This document shows positions 41,789 through 54,363 of a stretch of 64,000 bases of DNA, in pieces. The notes under the pieces are model-generated. The model was not told the origin of the DNA, ran no database searches, and saw only the letters and a list, made by a program, of their open reading frames with translations. Source of the stretch: Eledone cirrhosa (lineage: Eukaryota); contig OZ024740.1 in the NCBI GenBank assembly GCA_964016885.1, forward strand, positions 33,976,001 to 34,040,000, in the 5' to 3' direction. Position 1 is the first letter of the stretch. Each line of letters opens with the position of its first letter. The translations under genes were made by a program, and so were the position numbers.

Positions 41789-43122
41789 CTAACACCCACT
41801 TTCCCTGCTTGCAAAGGTTGAAGGGGGTCTTCACAGACTGTGTTTGTACTGAAATAGGACTACTGACCTAGAGAGGCTGGGAGTTTGCATCTCACTTACA
41901 TATTGTTTCATGTTTTACCAAGTGTATTTTATTGTGGCACTAATACTAGACAGGTTGTCATGTCTTCAACCCAATTGGAGGGTCTTCCCAACTTTTTAGC
42001 AATAAAAAGCTTGCTGAATCATCCTGTCCTGCATGAAATTTACTTTATATTAGAAAACTGGTAATTAGTTTGTCATCATCATCATAATCATTACCATCCT
42101 GACCAACATCTCTATTGTCATCATTATCAGTGTCATCAGTGTCATTGTCATCAACCACATATCTATTTTCCATGACTGTCTTGCTCATACATTCCATATT
42201 TGGTATGCTTTCTATGACTGGATGCCCTTCCTAATGCTAACCCTTTCATGGCAAGTTTTCTCTTGGCACCAGCATTACCACCCTGCAGAGTGGGCTGGGA
42301 TCATTTCACCATGGCACCAGCAATTTCCACTGTGGGCTAAGTGTATTTTGTTGTTGAACCAGTTACTACCACATTTCAACATTAGGGCACTTGTGTTCTT
42401 GACCATGTTAAGGGGACAGTGATAGGAATGGGGAGGACATGAGTGTGGTGTAGGCTGTCTGTTGCTTGCTTATAGAGGGGAGGGCTGGCCTTTACGAAAT
42501 TTGAGGTTTATGAGCTGTAGGAGAGAGGGAGATGGGGAGAGTAAGTGTTGAGTAATGGGGTGGTATTGAAGGAGGGAGGGAGAGAAAGTGTGAGCAAGTG
42601 GGATCTGGTAGTGCAGTGGAAGGGTATCTGTCATTCTAGCATGGGTAGGGTGGAGGAGGCGGTGTCAGGGATGTGAGGGAGGGAGACTAGGTGGTTGTGT
42701 GTGTGTGGGGGGATAGATAGTGTGGAAGGGTCAATCTAAATATTTTTACATCTTTTTACCCTTCACAACCATCCTTTCATGCTCATTTCATTCCACAGTT
42801 GTGACTCTTCTGTAGTATGGTTATCACCAACCAACTCGATTCTGTGTCATCTCCTTTGTATGGTCCAACTTACTGAAGTCAACTTTTATTACTGCAGAGT
42901 AGTAAGTCTTAACATTTCAAACTCTAGTCCTTCACCATAAGATAGAGTTAGTAAAAAAGTGATAAAATAAAAAGACAAAGAGTGAGAAAAGGTAGGAATG
43001 GAGAAAAAGAAGAGGAAAAAACACACTTGTATTCAGTCAGCCATTACACAACAGCAGCACAGAATACACAATGACTGCAGCAATATACATATATACAACA
43101 GCAGTGATATATACAATAACAG

Positions 43123-43159
<37 letters not shown>

Positions 43160-43175
43160 ACAGTAGTGATATATA

Positions 43176-43620
43176 CGAGGGCAATCCCAAAAGTAAGGTC
43201 TCCAAAGTGATGGGACGCAGAGAAACTGTTTGTATTGGTGCTTCCTTCACTCCCAAACAAGCCTTTGAGAATGGAGCTCCCGTTGAACGCTACCGCCAAG
43301 TGCGAAGTTCACGCAGTTATTAGATTTTTTGAATGCAAAAGGCGTTGAACCGATTGAAATTCATCGCCAATTGACGGAAGTGTATGGACAGTCGTGCATG
43401 GATGTCAAAAACGTCCGCAAGTGGTGTAGAGAGTTTACAGCCGGTCGTACTGAAATTCACGATGAACAAAGGAGCGGGAGACCGTCAATTTCCGACGAGA
43501 CAGTCGCAAAGGTTGAGGAAAACATGCGTAAAGATTGGCGGATCACTCTGGATGCTCTCTGCATTTTGGTTCCTGAGGTTTGCCGAAGCACCATCCACAG
43601 GATTTTAATGGAAAAATTGC
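43176..43620 (+). mobile_element. Mariner transposon 5' fragment (TIR and HTH DNA-binding region)
   Basis: TA-CGAGGGCAATCCCAAAAGTAAGG TIR; ...VIRFLNAKGVEPIEIHRQLTEVYG...WCREF...DEQRSGRPS mariner HTH; catalytic domain absent. Confidence 0.88.
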
Positions 43621-43726
43621 GACTGTCTCGTCGGAAATTGACGGTCTCATGCTCCTTTGTTTGTCAGGAATTTCAGAAAATTGACTATTTTATGGTTATT
43701 CTCTATTTCTACTTTTAGATTAAGGT

Positions 43727-44783
43727 AATTAAAATAGTCAATTTTCTAGATGTAACACTAAATCTTAACACATGTCTTCATTATCCATTTCACAAACTAA
43801 ATGAGAACTTAAATTATGTCAATTTTAACTCTAATCACCCCATATCCGTTAAAAATACTATAGTGAACTCTGTACAAGAACGAATTTCGAGAATTTCATC
43901 TAATAAGAATATATTTGATGAAAAAGCGCATTATTACAACGAAGCGTTAGGCAGAGCTGGGTATAGAAATAAAATTAAATACATCGATAATAATAATAAT
44001 ATAAAAACTAACCAAAATAACAATTTTAACTATGGTAACAATTTTAACAACTATAATAGAAAACATTACAATAATTCCGAAAGCCGAAAAAGAAATAGAA
44101 CTAGGAACATAGTATGGTTCGCTCCTCCTTTCTCACTAAATATTAAAACCCCTATTGCTAAACTATTCTTTAAAGCTCTTGACAAACGCTTCCCTAGAAC
44201 ACATAGATATTACTCAATTTTTAATAGACATACTATAAAATTAACTTACTCTTCCACCAAAAATTTAGCGCAAAATATTAATAGAATTAATAATAGAAAT
44301 TTAAAACCTAACCAAAATACCAATAATAACCCAAGCAATATTCAATCGAATAATTGTAACTGTAAAAATAAATTCAACTGTCCGTTAAATAACAATTGCT
44401 TAGCTAAAAATGTAGTTTATAATTGTAATGTAAAAACTAATTTAAATTCATTTAATTATGTCGGCTCTACCTCCACAGAGTTTAAATCCCACTTCAATAA
44501 TCATAAAAATTCTTTTACAGATCCAAACAAAAAATCTTCAACTTCGCTATCTAGCCTATTATGAGACCTAAAACGAGATAATGTTGAATATTCGCTGATT
44601 TGGAATATTATTTCAAAAGCTACTCCTTTTAATTCCTTTTCAGAAAATTGCGATCTTTGTATAGAGGAAATATTCTTTATATTAAAGACCAAAAATTCCC
44701 TGAATTTAAGGAATAATTTATTCAGTTGCTGCAGACATAGATTGAACTCAACGTTTAAATATAAATTTAAAATGTATAATTAA
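43727..44783 (+). mobile_element. Penelope-like retroelement 3' part (RT C-terminus, Cys linker, GIY-YIG endonuclease) with one internal stop
   Basis: VNFLDVTL, SNHP, VWFAPPFS, CNC..CPL..C, VVY...YVGST; TGA at 44562; then CDLC..E...LN...CCRH. Confidence 0.9.
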
Positions 44784-46530
44784 TTAAGTAATTTGGTTAA
44801 TATATGAAACCTGCCGATAAATCATTAGATTCCTTCACCTTTTTACATTTTTCATTTTCTTTGGTTAAGTACTCAAGTATAAATAAATTTTCTTCCTAAA
44901 TATAAATATAAATATAATAAACTATTCTAGAGAAATATATTGAGTGCTCTTGAAAGGAGAAAATATTTCCTATTATTTTTTTATATTTTATATTTTTCAT
45001 ATTTTTTATATTTTTTATATTTTATTTATTTTTTATTAGGTTTGCTTTTATTCTGATAGCTTCTCATAATTTTCGAAAGTTTATCCTTTCAATATCTTGA
45101 GTAAAATATGCGTAAGATAAATTTCTATACTAAATCTATTAAACATATTATTTTAACTTAAAATATTCTATAATATTTTAAAATATTTTAATATTTTAAT
45201 ATTTTAGAATTCTTTTGTTTTTAAGTTGTATTGATATAATTATATTTCCAAAATATAATCCTTTTGTATTTTATGTACTCAATTATACTATGTAATATAT
45301 TGATGTATACTTATCTATATACGAGTATGTATGTATGTGTATATTAACATACATATACATGTGTTATATGCATTTTTATGAATATATGTCTGTCTGTATA
45401 TACATGCGTGACACGTGTCTACCAATTGGTTGAGGATGCACACACATGTTTGTATATGTATATGTAAGAATTGTGTGTGTACATGTACATGTGTACCCAT
45501 ACAATTTGATTGCAGATAGACATAATTAACAGCCATAAATGCATGACAGCTAATCCTATATATTTATATATATATATTAAAATTTTTTATTTAATAACAC
45601 AAAGGATGTATAACATTAATAAAAAAAATCACTTATGCTTTGTATGTATATATTATATGCGGGGGTAGATATGATGTGTATTTTCTGAGTATGCGTATAT
45701 ATATATTTGTGTATTTTTGCGTGTGTGTACGTGTTATATGATATGTAATTTCTCTAGCAATATATAGATTTCTTAATGTTTAAATTCCAATTTTTAATAT
45801 ATTGATCTCAATTTTTAAACTAAATATCTAATCATAGTTAAACAATGATTAATTTCTCATATTATATATGTATATTCCATTCATGAATATTAATATTTCT
45901 AATTTTATTTATTCATTTCATCTCAATTGTTAACTTAACTTAATATGACATGACTTAAGGTTTTCGTTCTCTCCCCCTCACTCTATCTCTATATTTCTCT
46001 CTCTCGACTTTTTCTCTCTGTCTGGTGTTTTGATATCTCTCTCTCATTTTTTCTCTTTTTTCTTTTTTCTTTTTTCTTTCTTTATTTCTCCCTTTCTCTC
46101 TCCGCTTTTCTCTCTCTCCGTTTTTTCTCTCTCTCCGTAACACAACGACTTACTAATATAAGTAAACAAATCCACTATCCTGATGTCTTCCAAAAGTAAC
46201 GGTAGCATTTTGAAAGGGTATGTCAATATTTATTTATAAAACTGGTATATATTGTATTTTGTCTGATAATACATAATAATACCATAATTTAACATGGTAT
46301 CCTTTAAATATGTATAATAAAATAGATATGGTTTTATAAATATAGTTTCCATTTGTTAATATCTTATATTTACTCCAAATACTTGTCGAGTGCTTTATAT
46401 CAGTTATAAAAATATTTGCTTGTTGTATCCCAACAATTTAAATAGAACTTTTGCATATATATATATATATATATATTTATATATGTGTATACAAACAACA
46501 GTAGCACTATTTATATACAACAACACTTAC

Positions 46531-46992
46531 ACCTCACCAAGACAATGTCACTGGACCGAGACCTTTGGCGGTACTCAGTAATAGAGAAGACCTGCCTTAC
46601 CTAAATACATAGTAACACCTACTACAGTCAGTAGGCATCTCTAACAAAATACACCCCCGTCCCACCACCCCCACCCCATCCACACCGCCCCCTTCTATGT
46701 AAAGTTATGTTGGTGCCACACCACCCAGGCCGAAACAAATGAGATCGTGTAGGTGTCACGACAAAAAAACACACAGTCCACGCTGTAATTTGGCCGTGTA
46801 GGCAACACGGTAAAAACGTCCCAGACCCACACTGTAAATGTGGTTGGTGTTAGGAAGGGCATCCAACTGTAGAAAACCTGCCAGACAGTCCTATGCGAGC
46901 AAGACAATTACTCTTGCCTCAAGTGGGAAAACCCCCGTCCAAACCCATGCAAGCGTGGAACACGGACGTTAAACGTTGATGATGATGATGAT
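46531..46992 (+). mobile_element. 5'-truncated RTE-A 3' end
   Basis: End of ORF (SLDRDLWRYSV) plus 3' UTR and (GAT)n. Confidence 0.9.
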
Positions 46993-47024
46993 GAACAACA
47001 GCAGGACAGTATATATATATATAC

Positions 47025-47330
47025 AAGCCGAAGCTGAAGCATATAGGCAATATGCCCCCACACCCTCCCACTGCAAAGTGGTCGTGGAGGTGCCACGGCA
47101 AAAAAGCACCCAGCCCACACTGTAAAGTGGACGTGTAGGCGCCACAGAAAAAAAGCACCCACCACTCACTGTAAACGAGGTTGGTGTTAGGAAGGGCATC
47201 CAGCTGTAGAAATCAAGCCAAAATCAGTTCCTGTATGAGCAAGACAAGGTCAGCCGACTGGACACTGTCCACAACAGGACAACCCATCTAGCCCATGCTA
47301 GCGGAAGAACGGACGTAAAACGGTGATGAT
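47025..47330 (+). mobile_element. RTE-B-related 3' UTR/tail
   Basis: Collinear with 28178-28480. Confidence 0.85.
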
Positions 47331-47414
47331 ATATATATATATAACAGCTGCACTATATATACAACACCACCAGTACCGTATATATAAAAATACATTTTTA
47401 AATTTTGTTTGTAG

Positions 47415-47555
47415 ATTTCAAGTGAACAATGTCTCCCAGACAATCGAAGAATGGCTCGAGTTCCACCAAAAGTGAAATCTCCCGACGAAATAACGGAATC
47501 TGATTTAGAATTGGTTGCTGAATATGTTAGCCAAAAAAAATATGACAGTTTTTGT
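47415..47555 (+). CDS. CDCA7: CDCA7 coding exon (ISSEQ...KSPDEITESDLELVAEYVSQKKYDSFC)
   Basis: TTTGTAG/GTAAGT, 141 nt, phase 0. EITE.DL..V....K.YD matches the CDCA7 pre-zinc-finger motif. Confidence 0.9.
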
Positions 47556-47797
47556 GTAAGTATGCTTTTAAAATTGTTTTTCTTTTTAGATTATTAAATT
47601 TATTAGTCTTAATGAAACCAGATACCTCTATGTACATTTATTTCTTATTTTGAAATTGAGATAAGAATTAGAAAGAAACACTGATAGTTCTGAATCATCA
47701 CAAGCAAAGTTAAATGTCTTCACTGAGGAGTTAAAACTGGTCTGTACACTTTGCTTCTTGGAAGATTTAATTTATATTTTATAGTAATATAAATTAA

Positions 47798-50577
47798 CCC
47801 TTTAGCATTTACATTACTCTATGTATGCTATTATATTTTCACGGTAAACACTTTACCTCTCGTAATTATCTCACATAATATTGAATCTATGAGATTTTGA
47901 TATTATCTATTTTGAGAACAATACCTTAACATCAGTATGAACGGCCAGTTTGAACAGAAAGAGGTGAGAGAATTCTGGCTGGATACGGCCGGTTTAACCC
48001 TTTAGCGTTCAAAGCGACAAAAACCGACAAAATTATGTCCCCTTTCATTTATTCAAACCGACAAAAACCGACATTTCAGACCACACTCGTAGATCTCCTT
48101 CTAAAAATAAACATTGACATCATCAAAATCTCGTCAATTCGAGATTACAGCGAGATAAAGCCCTTACGCGCGAAAATTAACTCTTAGTATAGTTAAAGAC
48201 CTTGCGATAACACGTGTTTTTAACTTTGAAATTGTAACATGGCTTCCGAAAGCAGCGACAACGATTTTGAAGGTTTTACATCCTACGACATTCAAGATAA
48301 AAAAGAAACAGAAGATAATATCAGTGATTTATCTTCAAATGAATCAGATATATTTATTTCTGATATATCTGATGATGATGATAGTCACTTTGAAAGTGAA
48401 AGCGAAGAGATATCTGACACCATTGAAAAAACACCAACGTGGTTGAAAGAAACAACACTGATACATGTTTCGGATTTTAATGAAAATTCTGGACCACAAC
48501 ACACATTACCACCCGATGCTAAAGCTCTGGATTATTTTTTTTTATTTCTACCACAAACTTTCTTCGAAGTTGTGGCAGAAGAGACAAATCGCTATGCACA
48601 ACAACAGATTTCTAATCGAGGAAAACCCGATCTGTTATGGCGTCCGACAGATTCTGCCGAAATGAAAGCGTTTTTTACCATAAACATTATGTTTGGTATT
48701 AAACAATTTCCACGACTGGAATTATTGGAGTACTGATATAAGGTTTGGTGACCCTTATATATCTAGTATTATGGCAAAAATGAAATTTATAAAATTAAAC
48801 CAGTATTTGCATCTGGTTGATACTACAAATGCCCCTGGTAGAAATGAATCGAATTACGACCCACTGTACAAAGTACGACCATTAATTGAAATGTTGACAG
48901 AAAAATTTAAAAGTATGTATATACCTGGAAAAAATCTTAGTGTTGATGAAGCTATGATTGGGTATAAGGGTAGGGTTCATTTCAGACAGTATATGCCAGC
49001 TAAACCCACCAAATGGGGCATCAAAGTGTGGGAACTGTGTGAATCGGACACGGGATACTGTGTAAACTTTGATGTTTACACAGGAAAAAAACTTAACGGA
49101 GAGAGAAAGCACGGGTTGGGTTACGATGTTGTGTGGTCGCTGACTCAACCCTTCCACTTTCAACACAGACACATTTATTTTGACCGTTTTTTTTCTTCGG
49201 TGCTTTTAGCAGAGGATCTTGCCCTTGTAAATACATACACCTGCGGCACAATAATGAGCAATCGGAAAGGGCTACCCCAAGAAATAAAAGTTGCGAAACT
49301 AAAAAACAGAGGAGACATTCTCCAAATGCAAAAAGAGAACATGTTAGCCACAGTGTTCAAAGACAAACGGCAAATTTTGTTCCTGAGTTCTAACCAACAA
49401 CCAGGTGTTGGGGCTGAGGGTAGACCTTTAGTTAACCTCTCCTACAATAAATATATGGGTGGGGTTGACAAATCCGACCAATATTGCGCGTATTACCCAG
49501 TTGGACGCCCTGGAAAGAAATGGTGGAGATACATCTTGTGGTTTTTAGTGAATTTAACCATTGTAAATTCTTATATTGTATTTACTAAAAGCCACAAGGA
49601 TCCGCCACCACCAAACGACTACTGCCACATGAAATTTCGCGTGGACATTGCATCCCAGTTACGTGGGGGATATACTTCTCGCAAACACAAAGCTGGGAAA
49701 AAATCAAAATTAGCAGTGGTCCACAAAGAAAATATTGATTTTCATAAAGTGGAGAGAATTGATGGTAGGAGGAAGGTTTGCCGATTGTGCTCTTTGCAAA
49801 AGAGAAAAACTGTTAAAGGTTACGCAATCCAAACCCTATTTATGTGTTCCTTTTGCAAAGTGCCCTTATGTAAAGGGTGCTTTGGGCAGTATCACGATAG
49901 AAATATTGTCTGACAATATTGAAAACAATATTTTAAAAATATATTAGCACACATATACAAAAACACCTGCATTCACCTGTGACACACCTGCATCACACCT
50001 GTTAATGAACTTATATATTGGGAACATTGTTACGTAATTTTACACCGTACATTGTGTAAGAGTACATTGCCAATATTATTTTGACTGGTGAAAAGGTTTT
50101 ATACATTTTTTTCAATGAAAATATTTGCCTGGAATGTAGAGAAAGACTAAAACATTGTACTGATTACACCTGCATTTTTAATTAATTCACCTGTTCGGAA
50201 AACTGCTAGAATTGATGGAAATCAGCATCTAGATCATTATTGGATTTTTTTGCAACAAATCTAACAGATAAGGCAGATAAAGTTTAAATTTTTGTGTTTA
50301 TCCATAAAGTTATTACTTTTACACCTGTTAATTAATTTCACCTGCCCATAAAAGTCAAATTTAACAAAAAAAAATCAGGTAAAAATATATAATTGTAAAT
50401 TATAGTTCTTTAAACGTCTACTGACAAAATCTCAAGTCTGCACATAGAAAATTAAAGTAATTACAAACAAATAAAATTGATAACCCTCTTGAGTATAATT
50501 AAGTGAAAATAATGCGAATAGATGAACATGACATTTGACAATTCAATGTGAATGCTAAAGGGTTAAATGTTAAAGGG
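47798..50577 (+). mobile_element. piggyBac MITE split by the element below (47798-47993 + 50567-50577)
   Basis: TTAA-CCCTTTAGCATTTAC start; its 3' TIR CCGGT|TTAA|ATGTTAAAGGG-TTAA is interrupted at the internal TTAA. Confidence 0.85.
47998..50562 (+). mobile_element. Full-length piggyBac transposon with frameshifted transposase (48239-49913)
   Basis: TTAA TSDs; CCCTTTAGCGTTC / GAATGCTAAAGGG TIRs; DDD triad (SVDEAM, YFDRFF, GGVDKSD); C-terminal Cys-rich domain; 2-bp deletion at ~48717. Confidence 0.96.
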
Positions 50578-50896
50578 TTAAAATGGATGCTGTTATTGCT
50601 TAGATCCAGGCCAGCCTATAATTAAGACATTTCCAACTGTTTGCATATATAAGTTTCAACATGTGGTATATATTACTACACCTAGTTCAACATTTCCTAG
50701 TTTCAAAATGTAGTATATATTTCTATTTCAACATTTCCTAGTTATACCATGTAGTAAATATTTCTACATAGTTTTCATTTCTTAATTTCAGCATATATTT
50801 TTACTTCCAGTTTAACATTTTCTAGTATATATTTCTACTCCTAGGTTAAAGCTTCCTAGTTAAAAATGGTTCAATCTCCAGTGTTTTGAAGTTTAA

Positions 50897-51110
50897 CCCT
50901 TTAGCATTTACTATATATATGCTATTATATTTTCAGAGTAAAGGCTTTATTTCACATAATTTATCTCATAATATTGAATCTATGAGATTTTGATATTATT
51001 TATTTTGAGAACAATATCTTAACATAAGTATAAGCAGCTGGTTGCAGCCAGTTTGAACAGAAGAGGTGAGAGAATACTGGTTGGATACGGCCGGTTTAAA
51101 TGCTAAAGGG
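50897..51110 (+). mobile_element. piggyBac MITE
   Basis: TTAA-CCCTTTAGCATTTA ... TAAATGCTAAAGGG-TTAA. Confidence 0.9.
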
Positions 51111-51192
51111 TTAATGAATTTGATACTTTATGAAATGAGCTTGAAATCTTTATTAGAGTCTAACATATACCAGCAGGGAAAATAGACACTAA

Positions 51193-52265
51193 CCCTTTAG
51201 TGTTCAAACCGCCCAAAACCGGCCGATAACACCCACACTAAAATATTGTTCTAAAAATAAACAAACCATCATCAAAATTTCGTCAATTCGAGATTACTGC
51301 GAGATTAGGCCCTTACGGCGAAAATGAACACTTAATATAGTGAAACAACTTAAAACAACGTGTTTTTTTTAATGTTGAAAGTAGAACAGATTTTTTGTGT
51401 ATCAACATGGCTTGTGAAAGTAGCGATACCGACTTTGAAAGTTTTGACATTCAGAATGAACAAGAAACAAAAGATAATATTAGTGATTTATCTTCAAATG
51501 AATCAGATGTTTACATTTCTGAAATTTCATCCGACGATGATTGTTTTGAAAGTGAAAACGAAGGAGATCTCCAGGACGCCATTGAAAATATTACAGCAAT
51601 GTGGTTGAAAAATACTACACCAATATATGTTCCCGATTTTATTCAAAATACTGGTCCACAACACACATTAGCTCCCGATGCTAAAGCACTGGATTATTTC
51701 TTTTTGTTTTTACCACAAACTTTCTTTGAAGTTGTGGCAGAAGAGATTAATCGATATGCCCAACAACAGATTTCAAATCAAGGAAAACCCGATCTGTTTG
51801 GTGACCGACAGATGCTGCGGAAATGCAAGCATTTTTTACCGTAAATATTATGTTCGGTATAAAACAATTTCCAAGACTGTGGAATTACTGGAGCACTGAT
51901 ATAAGGTTTAGTGATCCTTATATATCAAGTATTATGCCGAAAACAAACGTATTTAAAATTAAACCAGTGTTTGCACTTGGTTGATACTTCAAATGTCCCT
52001 ATTAATTAATTTCACCTGCCCATAAAAGTCAAATTTAACCAAAAAAAATCAGGTAAAATTATATAATTATATAATTTTACCTGATTTAAAAAAAATTTAT
52101 TGATATTTAAACATCTACAGACAAAATTTCAAGCCTTGTACATAGAAAATTAAGAAAATTACAAACAAATAAAATTGATAACCCTCTTGAGTATGATTAA
52201 CTTAAAATAAAATAATGCGAACAGATAAGCATGACATTTGACAAATTAATGCGAATGCTAAAGGG
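51193..52265 (+). mobile_element. Internally deleted piggyBac related to 47998-50562
   Basis: Same TIRs; N-terminal transposase remnant 51407-51998 is joined directly to the 3' subterminal region. Confidence 0.92.
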
Positions 52266-52502
52266 TTAAATAGTGATGATGAACCACTTAATCTAGTTGA
52301 CAACAATTCCAAAATGTTATTTCTTCATCAGTTTTTTTGGTGAATGATAAACTTGGAATAGAATGGAGCTACTGCAATTTTGACAATGAATGTTCCAGTT
52401 GTTCGATCAACGGAGCAGCTTACTTGTGAAATTAACGTGTAGGTGGCTGAACATTCCACAGACACATGTACCCATAATGTAATTCTCAGGGAGATAAAAT
52501 AA

Positions 52503-53003
52503 TTGTATGTTGTTGCCTTTGGGGGTCATCAAGACTAAATCCTACTTTAGCTGGGAAAATAGCCTTAAAACAATTGTGTTGTTGCCTTAGGGGCAATCAA
52601 GACAAAACCTTACTTTAGGTTGGAAGATACCCTTAAAACAATTGTTGTGTTGTTGCCTTAGGGGTCATGAAGACTAAACCCTGCTTTAGCTGGGAAAATG
52701 ACCTTAAATCTAGCTGTGTGTTGTTCTGGGGTCGTGAAATTTGAATCCTATTTTAGCTGGAAGATAGCTTTAGAACAATTGTTGTGTGTTGTTCTGGGAA
52801 CCTGAAGACTGAACCCTACTTTGGCTGGGAAAATGACCTTAAATCTCTAGCTGTGTGTTGTTCTGGGGTCGTGAAATTTGAACCTTATTTTAGCTGGGAA
52901 GATAGCTTTAGAACAATTGTTGTGTGTTGTTCTGGGAACCTGAAGACTGAACCCTACTTTAGCTGGGAAGATAGCCTTAGAACAATTGTTGTGTGTTGTT
53001 GTT
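52503..53003. repeat. ~70-bp minisatellite, ~7 copies, with a dimeric higher-order duplication
   Basis: Recurring TGTTG...GGGG...AAGACT.AACCCTACTTTAGCTGGGAA units; alternating GTCGTGAAATTTG / AACCTGAAGACTG variants. Confidence 0.85.
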
Positions 53004-53090
53004 TCCTTGGTAAAATAATGGAATTTTGATTTGGGATGAAATTATTTAAACACATAATGTTAATCTGTTTCCATTTTGTTTTTGTTTCAG

Positions 53091-53177
53091 GGTACAACAT
53101 GCCACCAGTGTCGGCAAAAGACATCAGATATGAAAACTATATGTCGGTCATCTAACTGTATTGGTGTCCGTGGTCAA
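53091..53177 (+). CDS. CDCA7: CDCA7 zf-4CXXC_R1 exon ([29 protein letters not shown])
   Basis: TTTCAG/GTAAGT, 87 nt, phase 0; CHQCRQKT signature. Confidence 0.96.
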
Positions 53178-53623
53178 GTAAGTTGCAGATTTAGTAACTT
53201 TCTTTCACATTATGATTTAAACAGCTTTTGCAAATATATTTTGGAAATCGAGCCAGCGCTGAATGATGTGAAGAGAAACGGAATGAGATGTTTGGGTCAT
53301 GTGTTGAGGATGTAACTAGATGAGGAGAGTGATGGAAATGAATGTTGGAGCAGTAGAGGAAAAGGAAGACCAAGAAAGACACGACTAAAGTTGATGAGGG
53401 AGGAAATGAAAAGCAAGGGTGAGGACATGCCGACAAAAGGGGCAAAATGGAGAAGCTTGTGATGGGGTTCACATGATTAACTCCTACTTTTGTGTTGTTT
53501 TTTTCTTCCAAAAGTTAAGCTTTGTAATGTGAAGTAAACATTTTTTCATGTGGTTTAAGGTTAAGCTTGTACCAAGTAAATTTCTTGTTTATAATTTCAA
53601 TAAATTTTTATTTAAATTTTTAG

Positions 53624-53686
53624 TTTTGTGGACCTTGTTTAAGGAACCGTTATGGTGAAAATGCTGTTGAAGCACTCAAAGATCCG
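53624..53686 (+). CDS. CDCA7: CDCA7 zf-4CXXC_R1 exon (FCGPCLRNRYGENAVEALKDP)
   Basis: TTTTAG/GTAAAT, 63 nt, phase 0; FCGPCLRNRYGE signature. Confidence 0.96.
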
Positions 53687-53825
53687 GTAAATTCACTCAA
53701 CATTTTTTAGTCTGTCATTTCCTCTTCCACAGGTTCCTTCCACTTATACTTCACTGATGGCCATCCTAATTATACATCACATATCTATACTGGCACAGTT
53801 TCCACACTATTATTAATTTCTCTTA

Positions 53826-54016
53826 GGCGGTGGATTGGCAGTATCGGTAGAGGATCGGACGCCATGCTTTCTAGCATAGTTACATCCCTTTACAGTCTGA
53901 GTTCAAATCCCGCCGAGGTTAACTTTGCCTTTCATCCTTACAGGGTCGATAAAATAAAGTACCAGTAATGTACTGGGTAATTGCTGGCCTTGTGCCTAAA
54001 GTAGAAACAATTATTA
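53826..54016 (+). mobile_element. tRNA-derived SINE family 2
   Basis: Homologous to 41064-41285. Confidence 0.82.
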
Positions 54017-54363
54017 ATTTCTCTTACACCCAGTTTTTCTCACATTATTTTTTTGCTCAATTGTTTATGCACACTAACATTGTATATCCAGTGGAAAAGT
54101 TCATTTCACTTCTTTCCAATTTTTACATATCCTCTACATTCACTGTCCATGTTTCACTACCATGCAATATGATACTTTGTTCATTAGGGTCAGACAATCT
54201 CCATCATTTGGAGAGCCAAAACCTTCATTATTAGCAGCCCTGTGTATCTCTGATACATATGAAGTCCTTCATTGTCAGACGCTGTCATACTACTGCATCT
54301 CTTATGCATCTATGCTTTGCATTGTATACACCTTATACAATTCTTACCTACACCTTTTATTTA

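Noticed and set aside
45050-45090. Possible hammerhead downstream of the Penelope ORF (CTGATAG...CGAAAG)
   Set aside because: The core is mutated and no convincing stems were found.
48239-49913. Domesticated PGBD host gene or programmed frameshift
   Set aside because: TIRs and TSDs are intact, and the sister copy shows the frameshift is a simple 2-bp deletion.
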